DNA of 64,000 nt from Auanema rhodensis. Lineage: Eukaryota > Animalia > Nematoda. Within the stretch, counting starts at the first letter, position 1, and each line of letters opens with the position of its first letter. This document shows positions 26,044 to 40,400 of the stretch, in pieces. The translations under genes were made by a program, and so were the position numbers. Under the pieces are notes generated by a model. It searched no databases, was not told the DNA's origin, and worked only from the letters and a program-made list of their open reading frames with translations. Location of the stretch: the NCBI GenBank assembly GCA_964057225.1, contig OZ059897.1:15748001-15812000 (forward strand), given 5' to 3'.

Positions 26044-29000
26044 GAAGACAATTACGTATAATATAATATATAAATTTTGCTCGTTATATATACTGAATTC
26101 AAAGAATATTTGAAATATATTTTATATAGCTGATTGTAATATTATATTCTCAATTGAACTAAAACTGAAAAATTGATTGTTATTATTTATATGATATAAT
26201 AATATTTGAATTTTGAAAATATATAATAGTTTAACAACAAATTATTTAAATCAGCCAAAAAGATTTTAAATTTCAACTAATTTAATATTTTCATTATTTG
26301 ACTGAAATATTTTCTTGTACTATATATACATATGTACATATAATTTTATGTATATATGTATATATTAGAAAATGGAAATGTTTGCATTTTTCTTTTTTCT
26401 AAATAAACTTTTTTTTTCTTGAATAAATAATTTCATATTCAATTATTTATTTAAATTACTTATTAGACTATTATTTTTCTTTTTAAATCTTATATTGAAA
26501 CAGAAATTTTCAATGCCGATAGAGCTCAAATACTCTTTTAGAGGCAAAAATTTCAAAATTTAAGCATATTTTGGAAGAAAACACTGAAGCTACTGAAGTA
26601 ACAAGGCTTGCAGCATCTAATTGAATGACTCATTTGTTAAAAAGATGACTCAATAGACATACTATACAGAGAATAAAGATGATGTTTGAGAAACACAGAC
26701 TGAATTCCAAAGTCGAAAATCGAATTGTTCGCTATCATTTCAATGAACTGAATGCTTTAATTCTATTGTTTTCATCTATTTTTTTTTATACAAAAATTGG
26801 TAATTTGAATAAGAAAAATCTTTTAAATAATTATTGAAATTAAATATATTTAAATAATTTTTTATTATTATTATATAAATATATGATTAAGATAGTATTA
26901 AGTTAAATAATCATGAGGTTAAATAAAACGACTAATAGATCGGTTAAATATCCTTCATTCATTAAAAAATTAGGATTAATCATCAATTGTTTGATTCGTA
27001 AATTTACAGTTTTATCATGTTCAAGATGAAAAGTTAACCAATTTATTTTAAGAATTTAACTATATGATATAGTAATAGATAGTTTTGTTCATAACTACAC
27101 TATTATGGTATAGTAATTCAAATATTTCGAAATGTACTCTCTGTAGGCAATTTCCTTTTCTCATCTTCTGTTCTACGTTGTCGTCATTCAGTTCACAGCT
27201 AACTCAATTTTCTTCGTTTGTTTCCATCGCTTCAGCAACTATTTCAGTTCATTTTCCTTCTCTCCCACTTGCTTTCTCTTGCTATTTCTCTTTCATCTGT
27301 CTTTTTCTCTCTCTCTTCCTACATCTCTTTGCCATTTTGTTTCTGTGTTAGCTGGTCGGGTCGAAATGGCTCGGTCCTCTGTCTATGTCATCCATCTATC
27401 CATGGTCTCGATGACTTCGATGCCACTGAGATGCTGTAGAATGAACACAAAGATAGTTGAAAGACTTGAAGAGAAGATGTGAAAGAGAAGAGAAAGAGAG
27501 TGAAAGGGAGGGAGAGAGAATGTCCATTTGGCTTGTTTGGAAATTCAAATAGCCTCTCCCCGTCAATCCCGTATCTTTTCTCAGATTTATTCACTTTTTC
27601 ATTAGATCGTAAACTTTACTTTGAGTACTCATGTCATAACACGAATTTCTTTTCTTCCGAGTTCTTTTTCAAGATTCATCTTCCTAATATTATTTGTAAT
27701 TTCAATTATTATTTTAAAAAAACTTTCTTTTTGTTTTTGAGTTAAAATAGATTTCTTCCATTTCTTACTTATAACTTGAATAAGTTTACTCGGTTCCATA
27801 CTCAGTATCATCGGCTAGTAAACTATCCATATGTCAGTTGATACCAGCCTGTCAGCCAACTTCTTCTCACTCACCATTCTCACATGCTTTTGATGGAGCT
27901 TCTCCTAGTTTTCTTTGAATAAACTTTTTTTTTTAAATTTTGCATATCTAAGATACTGGAAAAACATTTTCATATAATCTCCTACATATAATAAACAAAA
28001 ACTTTATACAAATAATGTTATCTTAAAATAAAATATTTTAATTGTTGATATTAGAAAATATTTTTTTTAATAATATTTTAAAATTCTTCATCTTCATAAT
28101 ATGAATATTTTTATTTCAAACTTATCTATACGTTTAGTAATACGCATAATCATTTTAGGTTTTGCATATATCATCATCTCGTTTTCCCATTCAATTTCAT
28201 ACAGTTTTACAATAATTTTCAATTCTTTTCAATAACTATCAAACTATTGAACTTCATAAGATATTTAAAGGTATGTATATTATCTTTATTATATATATTT
28301 TTTATTTTTTAGATTTATAATTATATTTTGTTTATTTTTATAATAAAAAATAACAACAATGATCTTGAATATGGGAATGTTTTTAATATAATATTAAAAG
28401 CATTATGGCATCTAAAACCATCACATCAAATACGGATCTTATTCCAGTTAGTTTTCATTTTAAACTTTGATTTTAAATTTATTTCCTTAGTTGATATAAT
28501 CTTTTTTTATATTTTTTTTTCTTTTTTATTACTTTTTTTATTGAATTTTCACTGTATAGTGTACAATACCATGTTAATAGCCATAATTAACTATCATTAA
28601 ACTAGATTTTATATATTTAATTAGAAATATAAAACTAAACAAGTGAGATTGATGACGTTGACAATATTCACAAACTATATATGTTCTTCGTTCATTTATT
28701 ATTATTTTTCTTTGAAAATAATAATCAAAAGATTAAAACTAAATAACTGGTGAATGTATCATTTTATAATTTAAAACTTAATATTTTATAAAACTTGAAT
28801 ATAAAATTTTTTTTTTCAAAATTACTTAAAGAACATTTGTGAAAGTATAAATAACTTATATAAGTATCTATCTATATATAGTTAAAATTCCATGTTATAT
28901 GTTATGCTCCTCCTTTTCTAACAATTTCTATTGAAGATATCAAATTTTAAAAGTTTAACTCAGACCAAACCAATTTTTCAGCCGAATGAGTCGTTTCTCA

Positions 29001-29996
29001 TTTTTTTTTGACTTTCTAAAACAAAAAAAAAGGTTTTATGTTTAAACTTAAACTTTACATTGAAGTTGAAAGAAGAGGTTTACTGACCCTCAAGGGACAT
29101 AGTACTTTGTCATATAACATGCTCACAAGAACATTTTGTGGAAAAATGGGTAAAAGCCTTGTTCTTCCCGACAGCTCATTTGTAGAAGCCAAACTTGGAA
29201 AAAAAAACTTGTCTAGTATAAACTTAGTTGAATGAAAAACGACCGCAGTTTTTGACCAATTGAAGATTTTCGATGCAGAGCTGATGAAATATGTGAAAGA
29301 AATGAGAGTATAAGTGAAGGAAAATCCCAAAAAGAGAGTGAAATGATAGAAAAGAAGAAACAAACATGGTTCCAAAAACTTTCAAAATTAAAAGGTTTCA
29401 GTTTTTAAGAAGAAAGAAGAAACATTGAACTGAAGAAAATCAGAAATAATTGCTTTTATCTAATCATATTTTCAAATCATTAAACAACCCGAAATGCTTT
29501 TTTTGAAGTGTCAAAACAGAAAAAGGGGTTTAGGAGTACAACCTGAACGGAATTTTATTTTTTTGCAATTTTTATATTGGAAAAGGCAAATTAAATTTAT
29601 ATCGAATGGTACAAAGATCGTCTAATGTTGAAATTGATTTGATATACTATATACATAGATATAGATGTAACTACATGAATTCTATTTGTATTCAGAGAAC
29701 AAAATTATTTTTAAGATCTAAATATTATTTGAATGAAAATAATATTTTTTTTTTGAATAAGTAAGGGAATATATATAAGAAAAGCTTGAAGTTCATTAAC
29801 TAACCCTTTAAAAGCCAATATGATGTGATGAGAAAATATATTTGAAACATGTAATTTTGGTTGAAAAATATTTTAATATTAAATTATAATTTAGTAAAAG
29901 AATTAAAACACAAAATGAATATTTGATAATCAGCAGATGGTCAAGAAGATGATCTAAAGAGCTTTTCCAAAATGCATATCCACGCTTTTGTATGAA

Positions 29997-30040
<44 letters not shown>
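29997..30040. repeat. (CT)n microsatellite
   Basis: A near-perfect CT run with one interruption. Confidence 0.95.
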
Positions 30041-30046
<6 letters not shown>

Positions 30047-31380
30047 GTATCTCTTTCCTTCTCTTATTCTTCATTGTGTTCATGTTGTTTCTTCATCTAT
30101 AACAGAGTCATTCCGATATTCTAGTTGAAACGGAAATCATCTCAGCTTCTCGTGTCATTCGAAATCGAAAAACAGATCTTCTTCATATAAATAACTTTTA
30201 TAAATATTCATGTAAATAATCTATTTCTTAAGATGAATGCCATTAGTTTCTAAATAGTATTTCTTAACTTTGAATTGTAAACCATGAGTGGAATAGGAAA
30301 AACAAAATCAATTTTTCAATATTTTGAAAAACTGACCAAAATTTCCAATAATTTTTGTATAATTTTTAACATCAATTTATAATATTTTAGTAAAATAAAG
30401 AGAAACAACATCTTTTCAAAGTTTTTAGCTTAGAACACAATTTCCAGAAATTGTTACAAATGAGATTTATTTCGAATCGGAAGTTAAACCAATCTGAGTT
30501 CCGGTCACAACGAATGCTAAATATGGTTGTCGATTGGATTAGAACATTTGAAAATGGACTAAAGTGACGGACATCGTTCGTCTGGCTAATCTCATCGTTC
30601 TTCTCTAATTACTAAAAATGAAAAGAAGATCAAGTAGAAAGAGGAGAAGTCGATGATAAACAGATTTTATGGAAAGAGAATGTGTGAAGCAGTTTCCCAT
30701 ATTTCAAAAATTTTAATTTTGTTTTCAATCTCTAAGTCAGTAGTATCGTGAAATATAATATACAATTAAAAAAATAGTGATTTAAGTAAATATTTAAATA
30801 AATCCAAAAATTATATTTTTTTAACTAAAAATAATAATAAAAATTACATAATAATAGTTAAATATATTTACTTATATATCGTATATACATATATTCATTA
30901 AATTTAAGAAATATTATATTTAAAACTTTCAATTTTTATTGAAAAAGTTTATTATTTACAAAAAATTTTTTCTAAATTTATTTGAATTTATTTGAATTTA
31001 TATTTATTATCCAAACCAATTATCTAACTATCTGTATAGTTATTAAATAATTAAAACTGTCAAATACATTAATTTGTAAATTATTTTCTAAACTAACAGC
31101 TTATTCTATGTTTTTTTCGGAAAATTCTCAAGTACATATAGAAAACTAAATTAATAGATTAACTGAGAAAGCATGACTACCCTTTTGTGGGCGGAGTCTA
31201 ATTGGATCTAGCTTGCACATCTCAGCCTGTCAAGTCCACTTCTGAGAATACTGAATCACTGTGAAATTTGACAATAAAAGGTTTCACAAAGTATTCTAAA
31301 CGAGTTGTCAAATTCACAGCTTCTACTCTTGTATTAGAATTTTTCTATCTAAACTGTATTTACTATATTCAAAAACTATA

Positions 31381-31389
31381 TTATTATAG
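31381..31389 (+). promoter_or_regulatory. Candidate trans-splice acceptor ahead of the tentative unc-53 first exon
   Basis: TTATTATAG ends 20 nt before the ATG at 31410. The exon ends in a good phase-0 donor (GAG|GTAATT) that fits exon 36339. Confidence 0.35.
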
Positions 31390-31409
31390 TTACTTTAAGT
31401 TTTAAATGA

Positions 31410-34400
31410 ATGCTAGCTGTTAAGCATAATGCTGTTGAGGTAATTATTATATTAAATTTAAATATAAATCAAAGAAACACAATCTGTTTTTCATTATTTC
31501 TTTGGAATAATTTGTAATTGATTTCCACTATTTTATTCTTTTTTTTAACAAAAAGTTAGATTATACACGTTATATCGAAATGTTTACACATCTTTTTCAT
31601 CCCAGTTCCTTTAATTGAAAATTTTTTTTGTTTCACATGATAAGAATTGAAGGAAAATTGTTAAATATATGTATTTTACTATGTTTATCAGAAATATTAA
31701 ATAATCTAAATGTTTAATTCATTTATACTATAATATTTTCTTTGTTTTGATAATACATAAGATAATTAGGTATTAGCCCTCAGGCGTTAATAACAGTGTA
31801 GCTGAGAAAAGAATAAGAGTAAATGGCATGTCGGCGGTACAAGCATGGTATGATGAAAACGGATAGCTGTAAGAGAGCTCTTAAGAGATAGTGCTAGATA
31901 TGTGTGAATGCTTAATCAGCCGACAGCTGACCATGACCATGTACCAAGACCAGCTTTGACAAAAAGCTTCATAGAGAACGGCAAAGAGAGATAGAAGAGA
32001 GAGAAAGGGAGCATGAAACAGAAGAAACATGAAGTAACGCAAAGGACATAGATGTAGTTACCCTTGTTCAGCTAATTATATCTCACCCTCCTGCCTGGTT
32101 TCCCTCCTTCTATCTCTATATCTCTTATTCTATCTCTCTTAACGTGAATGTGCAATTATTCTAATTGTTAATACGTGTATTTGTCTGTGGCATAAATATT
32201 GCCGAGAGAATGAAAAGATGGAGCTGGACAATCCTTCCTTTTCCTCTAGCTACTCTTTCCTTTCCTCTTCTCTCATCCTTTGACTAATTGTGTAGCACAG
32301 AAGTAGAGTGAATAAGATGGTGGAAAGAGGAAGAACATGATGATGATTATGAAGAAGTGTTATATGCTTATACTTGTTATGATCAACATCATAAGTGGAC
32401 TCATCAGCTGGACTCAATCAAATCGACCAATGTGTACCCTACGGCCATTGGACAAGACTTGAACATATCTCATAAGCATGTCATTGGAACTGTTACATCT
32501 CATCAAATATTCAATGATTCATAAGAAAACTAGTAAATTATATGATATTTCTTCAAAATATGTGCTTCATTTAAAATTTAAAAATTGAATCTCATCTGTG
32601 TATTTATCTTTATAAATGAAAAATCTATTTAATATACAATATAATAATTGATTATTATAATATTCATATATATATATATATATATAAAGCATACTTTCAT
32701 TATGATATAGTCAGGTTAAAAGGTACTAATCCTTTCAAGCTATGATCATGCTTTTACCCTCTCTCATGTTCTAGCTTTCTCGCTTTCTTTCCATCATCCA
32801 GATGTTCAGATCTTGAATAACTATGCTTTAGTATACTATATTTATAATAATTTTTATTAAATTTGTACATATATACAAATATAGAATAGATAGATATCAT
32901 TTATAGTTATAATAGTTATTATATATATTTTTTTTATTATTATAACTATTCTATTTGGAAATTAGTTTTTATGTTTTATCCCTTGTTCCCTTTGTCTCAT
33001 ATCCGCTTTATTACTTCACACGCCAATTGCTTTCCTAATATTCTCTAAAAAGGATCATTTCGGAATATCTCAAAAACATTTCAGAATGTAAATCTCTTCC
33101 CACAGTTTGCATGATGAATAATCAACATACTATATGATTTGAAAAGAAAATTGTAGTCTCTTGAAATCATCTTATATCAAAATGACTTGAAAATATTTTA
33201 GTTTCATGTAAATTTTAATTTTAACTATATCATATAGTTATGATTTAATATTATTTTTGTAAGATTATATATATATATATAGACTATATACACATATATT
33301 ACTCTACAAGGTCATATAATATAGGCTTTATCTCTTTCTCTCTTTGAAACACATTGATAGACTATATTCTTGTAGTTGATATAGAAAGATGAAGAACGGC
33401 AGTTGATGACATTAATCCGTTCAGAGCCACAAACACTTGTTAGGCTGTCCTGTCCTGGAGGGCATCTGTCGCTTTAGATCATCTTACGCTTCTTGACCGT
33501 CACCTCTCTCACACATTGTCTGTTCCTGTCTTTCTCTCAATCTTCTCCCTACCTCACTATTCCCTAATTTCTTTTTTGAAAAAATATTTCTTTGATTACC
33601 TTCTGTAAAGTATTGTGGTAAGATTCTTCAAGAATATCTGATTCTTCTTATATAAATTTGAAATTGATTAGTATAGATTGTATATTTCTTCTTTTTTTTC
33701 ACAATAATATGAAGTTACATCCTTTCATAATGAATGAAATGTGAGAATATTTTAGTTTTTCAAACTATTTCACAGCTCTATGTATCTCAACAGATGTGTC
33801 AGATGGATACAAAGATTCATATTTGAACAGCCTGATTAACTTCCTTCCTCATCATTGAAGACGCATGTCTTGTCTCGATGACCATGACTACAGATAAAGC
33901 AACCAAGGGAAACAAGCATGTTCACTTGTTTATGATGCTTCTATTTCTCTTTTTCTAATTCAAATTCTTTAAATTCTTTTAAACATATATATATATATAT
34001 ATATATATTCTTTTTAATTCAACAAATTACAATTTTTTAAATATAAATGAAGCAGTTTTAGCTTGTCTAACATAAGAACTATTCAAGCGCAACGTAAAGA
34101 AGAAAAAATTATCGGACAACGAGATCAGTTAAGACGAACGACGATGACAGCCTAACAGCATGTGAACGTCTTCTTAAGCTTCCTCATATTCATTGAATGG
34201 TTGAAGCCATTCAACACAAAACTCATGAGAATGTTCAAGTTGTCGTTCTCTTCATCATCATTGTCATCGCCGTGCTGGTCCTTCTTACTATGTCTTAATC
34301 ATCCTCGTTTCCGCTTTATTTGCTATTCAAAACATGAAATAGCCTTCTAATAGTTGAACAACAACTTGGTATGTAGAAGCTGATGACGATAAATGATTTT

Positions 34401-37400
34401 ACGATTTGCCAAAACGATTGACTTTGATTCGTCGTTTCAAAGAATTCCTGTAAAATGCTATTAGTCATTACTCCCTCCCTACTTTTCACGCCCTTTCTCT
34501 TTTTGAATACATTTCTAGTATATCCATTTTCAAATGGTAACTATTCAGTAAGAAACAGGTTTACTGATTTATCTAAATATTCTTAAAGAATTTATATTCT
34601 TATTGTAAATGAATATTAATAAGATAATTTCAAATTTATTTTTCTTCATTTCTTCATCAAAAATTTCTTGTTTCTTCTCTTTTTTTTTCGATAAAGAATA
34701 AATTAAATATACCAGAAATTGATGCTTTAATCAGTTATAAAATCACAATGTTTAGTACACTATAACAATCGTTCCCAAGCTATTCATCATACAGTTTTTT
34801 TTTTGTTTCTCTCATTTGTTTGCTCGAATACAAAAAGTTGTTTCGTTCAATAATACACATCTGAATACTTCGATGGGAAGCTGTCAGATGTATAATCACA
34901 TACATATACAATACAGCTTGAAACATATTATTTTATTCTCATTATATATATATATATAATTAAAATAAATATATTTAAATTTTATAATATAATTGAAATT
35001 AGTTTAAAAATCTTCAATCCTAAATACTATACTATACTATCTCAGATTTCACTTATCTAGTACGTTCTGCTTATCTAGTATGAAGTTTTACTGTGATATG
35101 CTGCTAATGATGATTTTGTTGAAAGAATTAGATCGTCTTCTTCTGGCAGTCATCTGATCCTTTTCTTTTCAAACTCTTTTCGGCTTAAGCAACTATACTC
35201 AAAACTGATGTGCTAGAAGCCAGTAGTGATGTTATTTGACACTTCTTCTTTGAGAAATAAGAGGAACACTAAGTGCGAATAAAGAATTTTATAAATATAT
35301 CTCAAGATAACTAACTATATTATATAGTATTTTAAACATTTTTTATTAATTATTATTATGAAAAATACTATTCTAATTAATATAAAGCTTATTCTCTATT
35401 AAACGTTCATTATAAAGATGTATATACATACATACATATGTCAAACAAATAAATTCAAATAACAGATTGGACTGTATGGGAACATCTGAATAGTCTATAT
35501 CTCATATATTCATATAGTTACTCAGCTTTCTCACGACTACATCAGACAGTCCTTCTGATGAAGTAGTACTTGTTCAAGTATCTGGTAGTCATCAGTTTAG
35601 AATATGATCCAACTAGCTGACACCCAGATGGAAAACAGAATCTAAGAGACTAGTATGTTTCTCTTATTCCTCCCCTTTCTCTCTCTCTCCCTTTCTTTTT
35701 CTCTCTTAATGAGTCCTTTTATACATTGTTTTTTATTCGATAAATATACTAGGTATGTTTCATCAATTAATATCCATTTTTCGAGTTCCATATCCGGTTC
35801 TTATCTTCAATTTCAACAGTCCAGATGAACATTTCCAGAGGTCAATGACAATTAGACAGCCTCTTGTTGTTGTTCTTCATCGTTTTCTTTTCTACTTCAA
35901 GCTCATTTTGACTTCATCTTCACTACACATTAGCTATACTATTCATAACTATACCATATAGTCTATAGATGAGCACATGTTCATATAATAACATAACGTA
36001 ACTAACCATCTTGTGCATAGTTTGCAGCCTTTCTGACCTCTCACCATCTATTAATTAGCTATTGTCTGGCTCACACTTTGTCTTTACCCTCTCACTCCTC
36101 TATTACTCTCATCTTAATCTTGCTCAGATTTTTTTCTATTGTCATCGTAATCTCATCTGTCAATAGCTTTTCATTGAGTCTGTCACCTAATTTTCAGGAG
36201 TTTATCCAAAAAATCTTCTGATAATCGGTCTCAATAAGAAAATAGTTAATTAGTATTCATTTATAATATTATGAATATTACTCATATTATAACTAATCTT
36301 TAATTATGGCATAATTTCTAATTTTTATTATATTTTAGATATATACACAGTGGGCTAATCGACATTTGGCTAAAATTAACCAAAAGCCGATCAGTAATAT
36401 CGCTCAAGAATTTCAAGATTACCGCATTGTAGCTTCTATCGTGAAAGCTATTGGTCAGTAGAATTTTTATTATATTTTTACCTATTATACTATACTATTT
36501 TTATTTTATTCTTTCATTTTTTTTCATTAGTTTTTATTCAATTGATAATTTTCTTATCTGCAACATGTTTTCCATTATTTATTAAGTTATTTCCTATTTA
36601 TTGACAATAAGCAAATAATAGCCTCAGGGGATTTGTTTGCTTCATATCAGCCTCGTTATTATCATTAAACATGTTTCATGTGAATTCCATTCTTTACTGA
36701 AATGAAAAAAAATTTTTTGAGCAATTCGCATCATCATCTCTTCACATTCACTGCAATCTTTAAACATTGTCTGTCTTCAAACGTCGACACCATTATTCAT
36801 CGTTTTTCGCGATTTTTGGTTTCGGTGCTTTGTTTTGTTTTCTAATTCTAACTTCAAATTTCTCTCTGTTCTTCACACATTTTCTGTTCAAGCTCTCATT
36901 TAATCCTGAAGGATCATTTTCTCTCCTTGTCTTTAAAACTTATTTAATTACATTAGATTTATATATAATCTTATTTTAATCATTTTGTTATTTAATAATC
37001 AACTATCTTAAACGTACATCTTGGAATCCAATATCTCAGCTTTTATCCAGATCTTGCTCTATTAGTTTTAAATTTTTCATCTCAGTTACCTGTTCAGTGT
37101 GAAAAGCTTATCGGATATCTGTTGAGAAAAAGCAATAAATCGGTCAATTGCTATGCCTATCTCTAGAATATAAATCTTTAGATAAGGCTAGATCTCAGGT
37201 GGCACGTTCACTTTCATCTTCATCCTCTTACTAAGTGAGGGATCCGCAATTTAGCAATAAGGTAAAGGAAGGAAGAAGATGAAAGAAGCTTTCAGTGATT
37301 CCTCTACAGATACTAGGTTATTCATCATCTTCACTCCCCTAGCTCTTCTTACATATCTCTTAATTTCTTACAACCTTTAACTTAAACATACTATTTGTAA

Positions 37401-40400
37401 CTCTTTTCGATCATTCTATCTTCTTTTTTTCTCTAATTCTCATTTTTATCATTTTCTTTCTTATATACTGTTATTATTGTTATTGTTGTTGTTGTTAAGT
37501 TTAATCAGAATATATAACAATTGATGATACTTTTCCTATATTGTTATACAACCCATTAACTAGATTGTTCTTCTTTCTTTTTGAACAATATCTTTTACTA
37601 TACCGTTAAACTTAAATATTTAAAAATATATTTTATTCTAACTAACTATATTATCAGAATTATCACATCTTCATGCCATTATAAGTATTTTCATATTTTA
37701 TTTCTTCTTTCATATCATTCTTAAGTTTTATAACATTCTTCATCTAGGCTTCTATGAACATCTTCTCGCTAACCTCATAATCATTTCAAACCAATTCTGC
37801 TTTCATACCACCCAGTCGATTCTAACATAACGTACTTGTTAGTTAAGATTGATAGCTGCTCTTTTCAATTTTCATTTTTATCTTTTATTTCTTAAAATAA
37901 AAAAGATTTTAAATTCATATTTACCTTATACATATTATATATGTATAATGAGTATGACTTTAATCTATAATATTTCGTATTAACTATATATTTTGTAATT
38001 TTTATATTAAAAACATATAGTTAATATGAAATATTTTTAAAATTTAAAAAAAACTTAAATATAAACAAATATAATAATGAACGAAACAGAGAGGCTGTTA
38101 AAGTTGACGCTGTAGAACGATTATTTGAGCGTTCCTTTGATGTAGAGTTAAAATGCCGCTGATCTTGAAATGATCGTTTAATTTTTCCATTCCATCGTAA
38201 CATCATTGAACTTTGATAATGAGAATGGTGTTCACTATAGAGTTTATTCCATAGACAGTTGCTTATGCCATAAACTTAAGTATGTATATACATCGAAGTA
38301 CTTCATTACCACCTGTTCAGCTTCATAAAGTTCATCATTTTTCTTTCGTATATGTTCACGTATTAGTTAAACGTGAAACATTTTTATTTATTTTAATTTC
38401 AGTGTTCAAAACGGTTGTGGTTGAGCTATTCATTTCAATTTTAAGCAATATGGTGTAATTCCTCCAATTTATCTATTTTTAACTATTTGACGTTCAATAC
38501 ATTTAAAAGATATAAAATCGTAATATGTATGCTAGTGTTCATAGTTTCATTAGTATTTACTACTAAATGCTTTTGTAGTCAAATCTTTTCAAATTTTAAT
38601 TAATTCCTTTATCGATGAAAATGCTGATTCAAATATGCTGAAACGCTCACCAGAAGCTTACGAAATGGAACGTGCGTTCATACTCTATTGTCTTTTACTA
38701 GAGCAGATGAGCTTAATTCAAGCTTGACGGCAGGCTGAGCTGTTACTGCGCGAGCTGCGCGGGTCTGTGCGTTCACGTTAGACGGAAGATGACCTTAATT
38801 GCCCCGAGGGCTGATTGCATATGATCACAATACTGAAGAGAAGAAGATTGTAAAGAGTGAGAGAGGAAATTACATATAGAGTAATAACAAGAGGTACAGA
38901 GAGATGAAAGCCGAGAGAGAATAATAACGAGAGATGTGTATATAGAAAGAGAATGGTCAAATGAATTAACTGAGGAATTAATTCGAGAGAGATTACGAAG
39001 GATGGAGAGGGGAAAGAAACATGGAGGCTGAGAGAGATAAAGCTTTCACGCGAGACAAGTCATCATGCCAATTTAGTCATATGAGTTCTAGCTATGGAGG
39101 AGATAACTCGATTAGCAGATGAAGAACAGAGGGGCAAACTCTTGGTAGCCCTTCCATCTTGAACGACAACCTATTACCTCAGGGACATTCTCATATCCTC
39201 TTTACCGATTACATGCCACAACCATCAATCTTTCAATGTCTCGGAATTTTATGAAATAGCATATTCAAAGAAGCCAACGATCAGTTTGCCCAAATTGGTT
39301 TCTATTCATCTTTATCATTAGGAATAATGCATATTCAATAATATTTATCATAACACCAACATTATTTTATAAATCCAACTATCATTTTCAAAGAGTTTCT
39401 CTGTCTCTCTCTGTCTCTCTCTCTCTCTTTCTCTCTCTTCCTATCTTTCTTTTTCTTTGGAAAAACTTTCATTTGTTCTCATTCATTATCATGCATTGTA
39501 AAACTCTTTCTTGAGTTTACCTTTCTTTCTATGATATTCGATATTTATAAGTCTTGTCTGTCAAATTGAGCAGACCGGCTGCGGGAGACTAAGGTTGAAT
39601 ATTGTCAGATTATGAATATTTGGTGAGACAAATAGTATGTAATTGAATGCCTCTAACATGGTTATATGAGATGTATGAAATATTCTCATATAATTTACCG
39701 ATTTAGCCTTAGGTAATATTCAACGATTGCATCATTTGCTCTGTAAATTCTTAAATCACACTCATTTTCATTCATCTTATTCCATATTCATTTATTTGAA
39801 ATGAAATATATTTATACAGAATTTTGAATTTATGCATTATCTTGTACAAAACTATTTGCTATCTACTTTTCTTTTTTTTATTGGATATATTCTTCTTTTT
39901 TGTTAATTTTCAAAAAAAAAATGTATTTATTTAAATTTCTCAAGCTTTTCAACCAATTTCATATATTTTCATGACCAAAAATAATTGTTGTATTCTAAAA
40001 CCGTTCAAATTTGATGATGCATTAAACTACACAAACATAACCTATCTCAATAAATGAAGAAGAATGAATTGTAAGACGATGAAGAACGAGAAGCAGAAGC
40101 TTTATGAAGTGGAAAGCAGTTTCGTGTCAATTTCACTCCTCATGCTCTTCTGCAAACATGACTGATTGAACTTAAAGCTCTTTCTTTGCTTTTGGCTATT
40201 TCATGAATTCATCGTTTACATCCTTTTCATGTTCTTCTGTGGATCTTCTCAAGCCAAGTCCAGTTATAAATATTCTTGAACATATTCCAGAAATGTTCAA
40301 GTTTTCTAATTAGAATTATTCTTATAATGAAATGAAACAATATATAATCTATCGAGAGACAAAATATTTTGATATATGCTGTATATCCTATAGTTTGGCC

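Noticed and set aside
36198-36244. TTTTCAG followed by an open 47-nt segment just upstream of the CH-domain exon
   Set aside because: It has no ATG and a weak donor (ATA|GTTAAT), and I found no compatible phase-1 upstream coding exon. The 31410-31439 exon fits better, though this one cannot be excluded.
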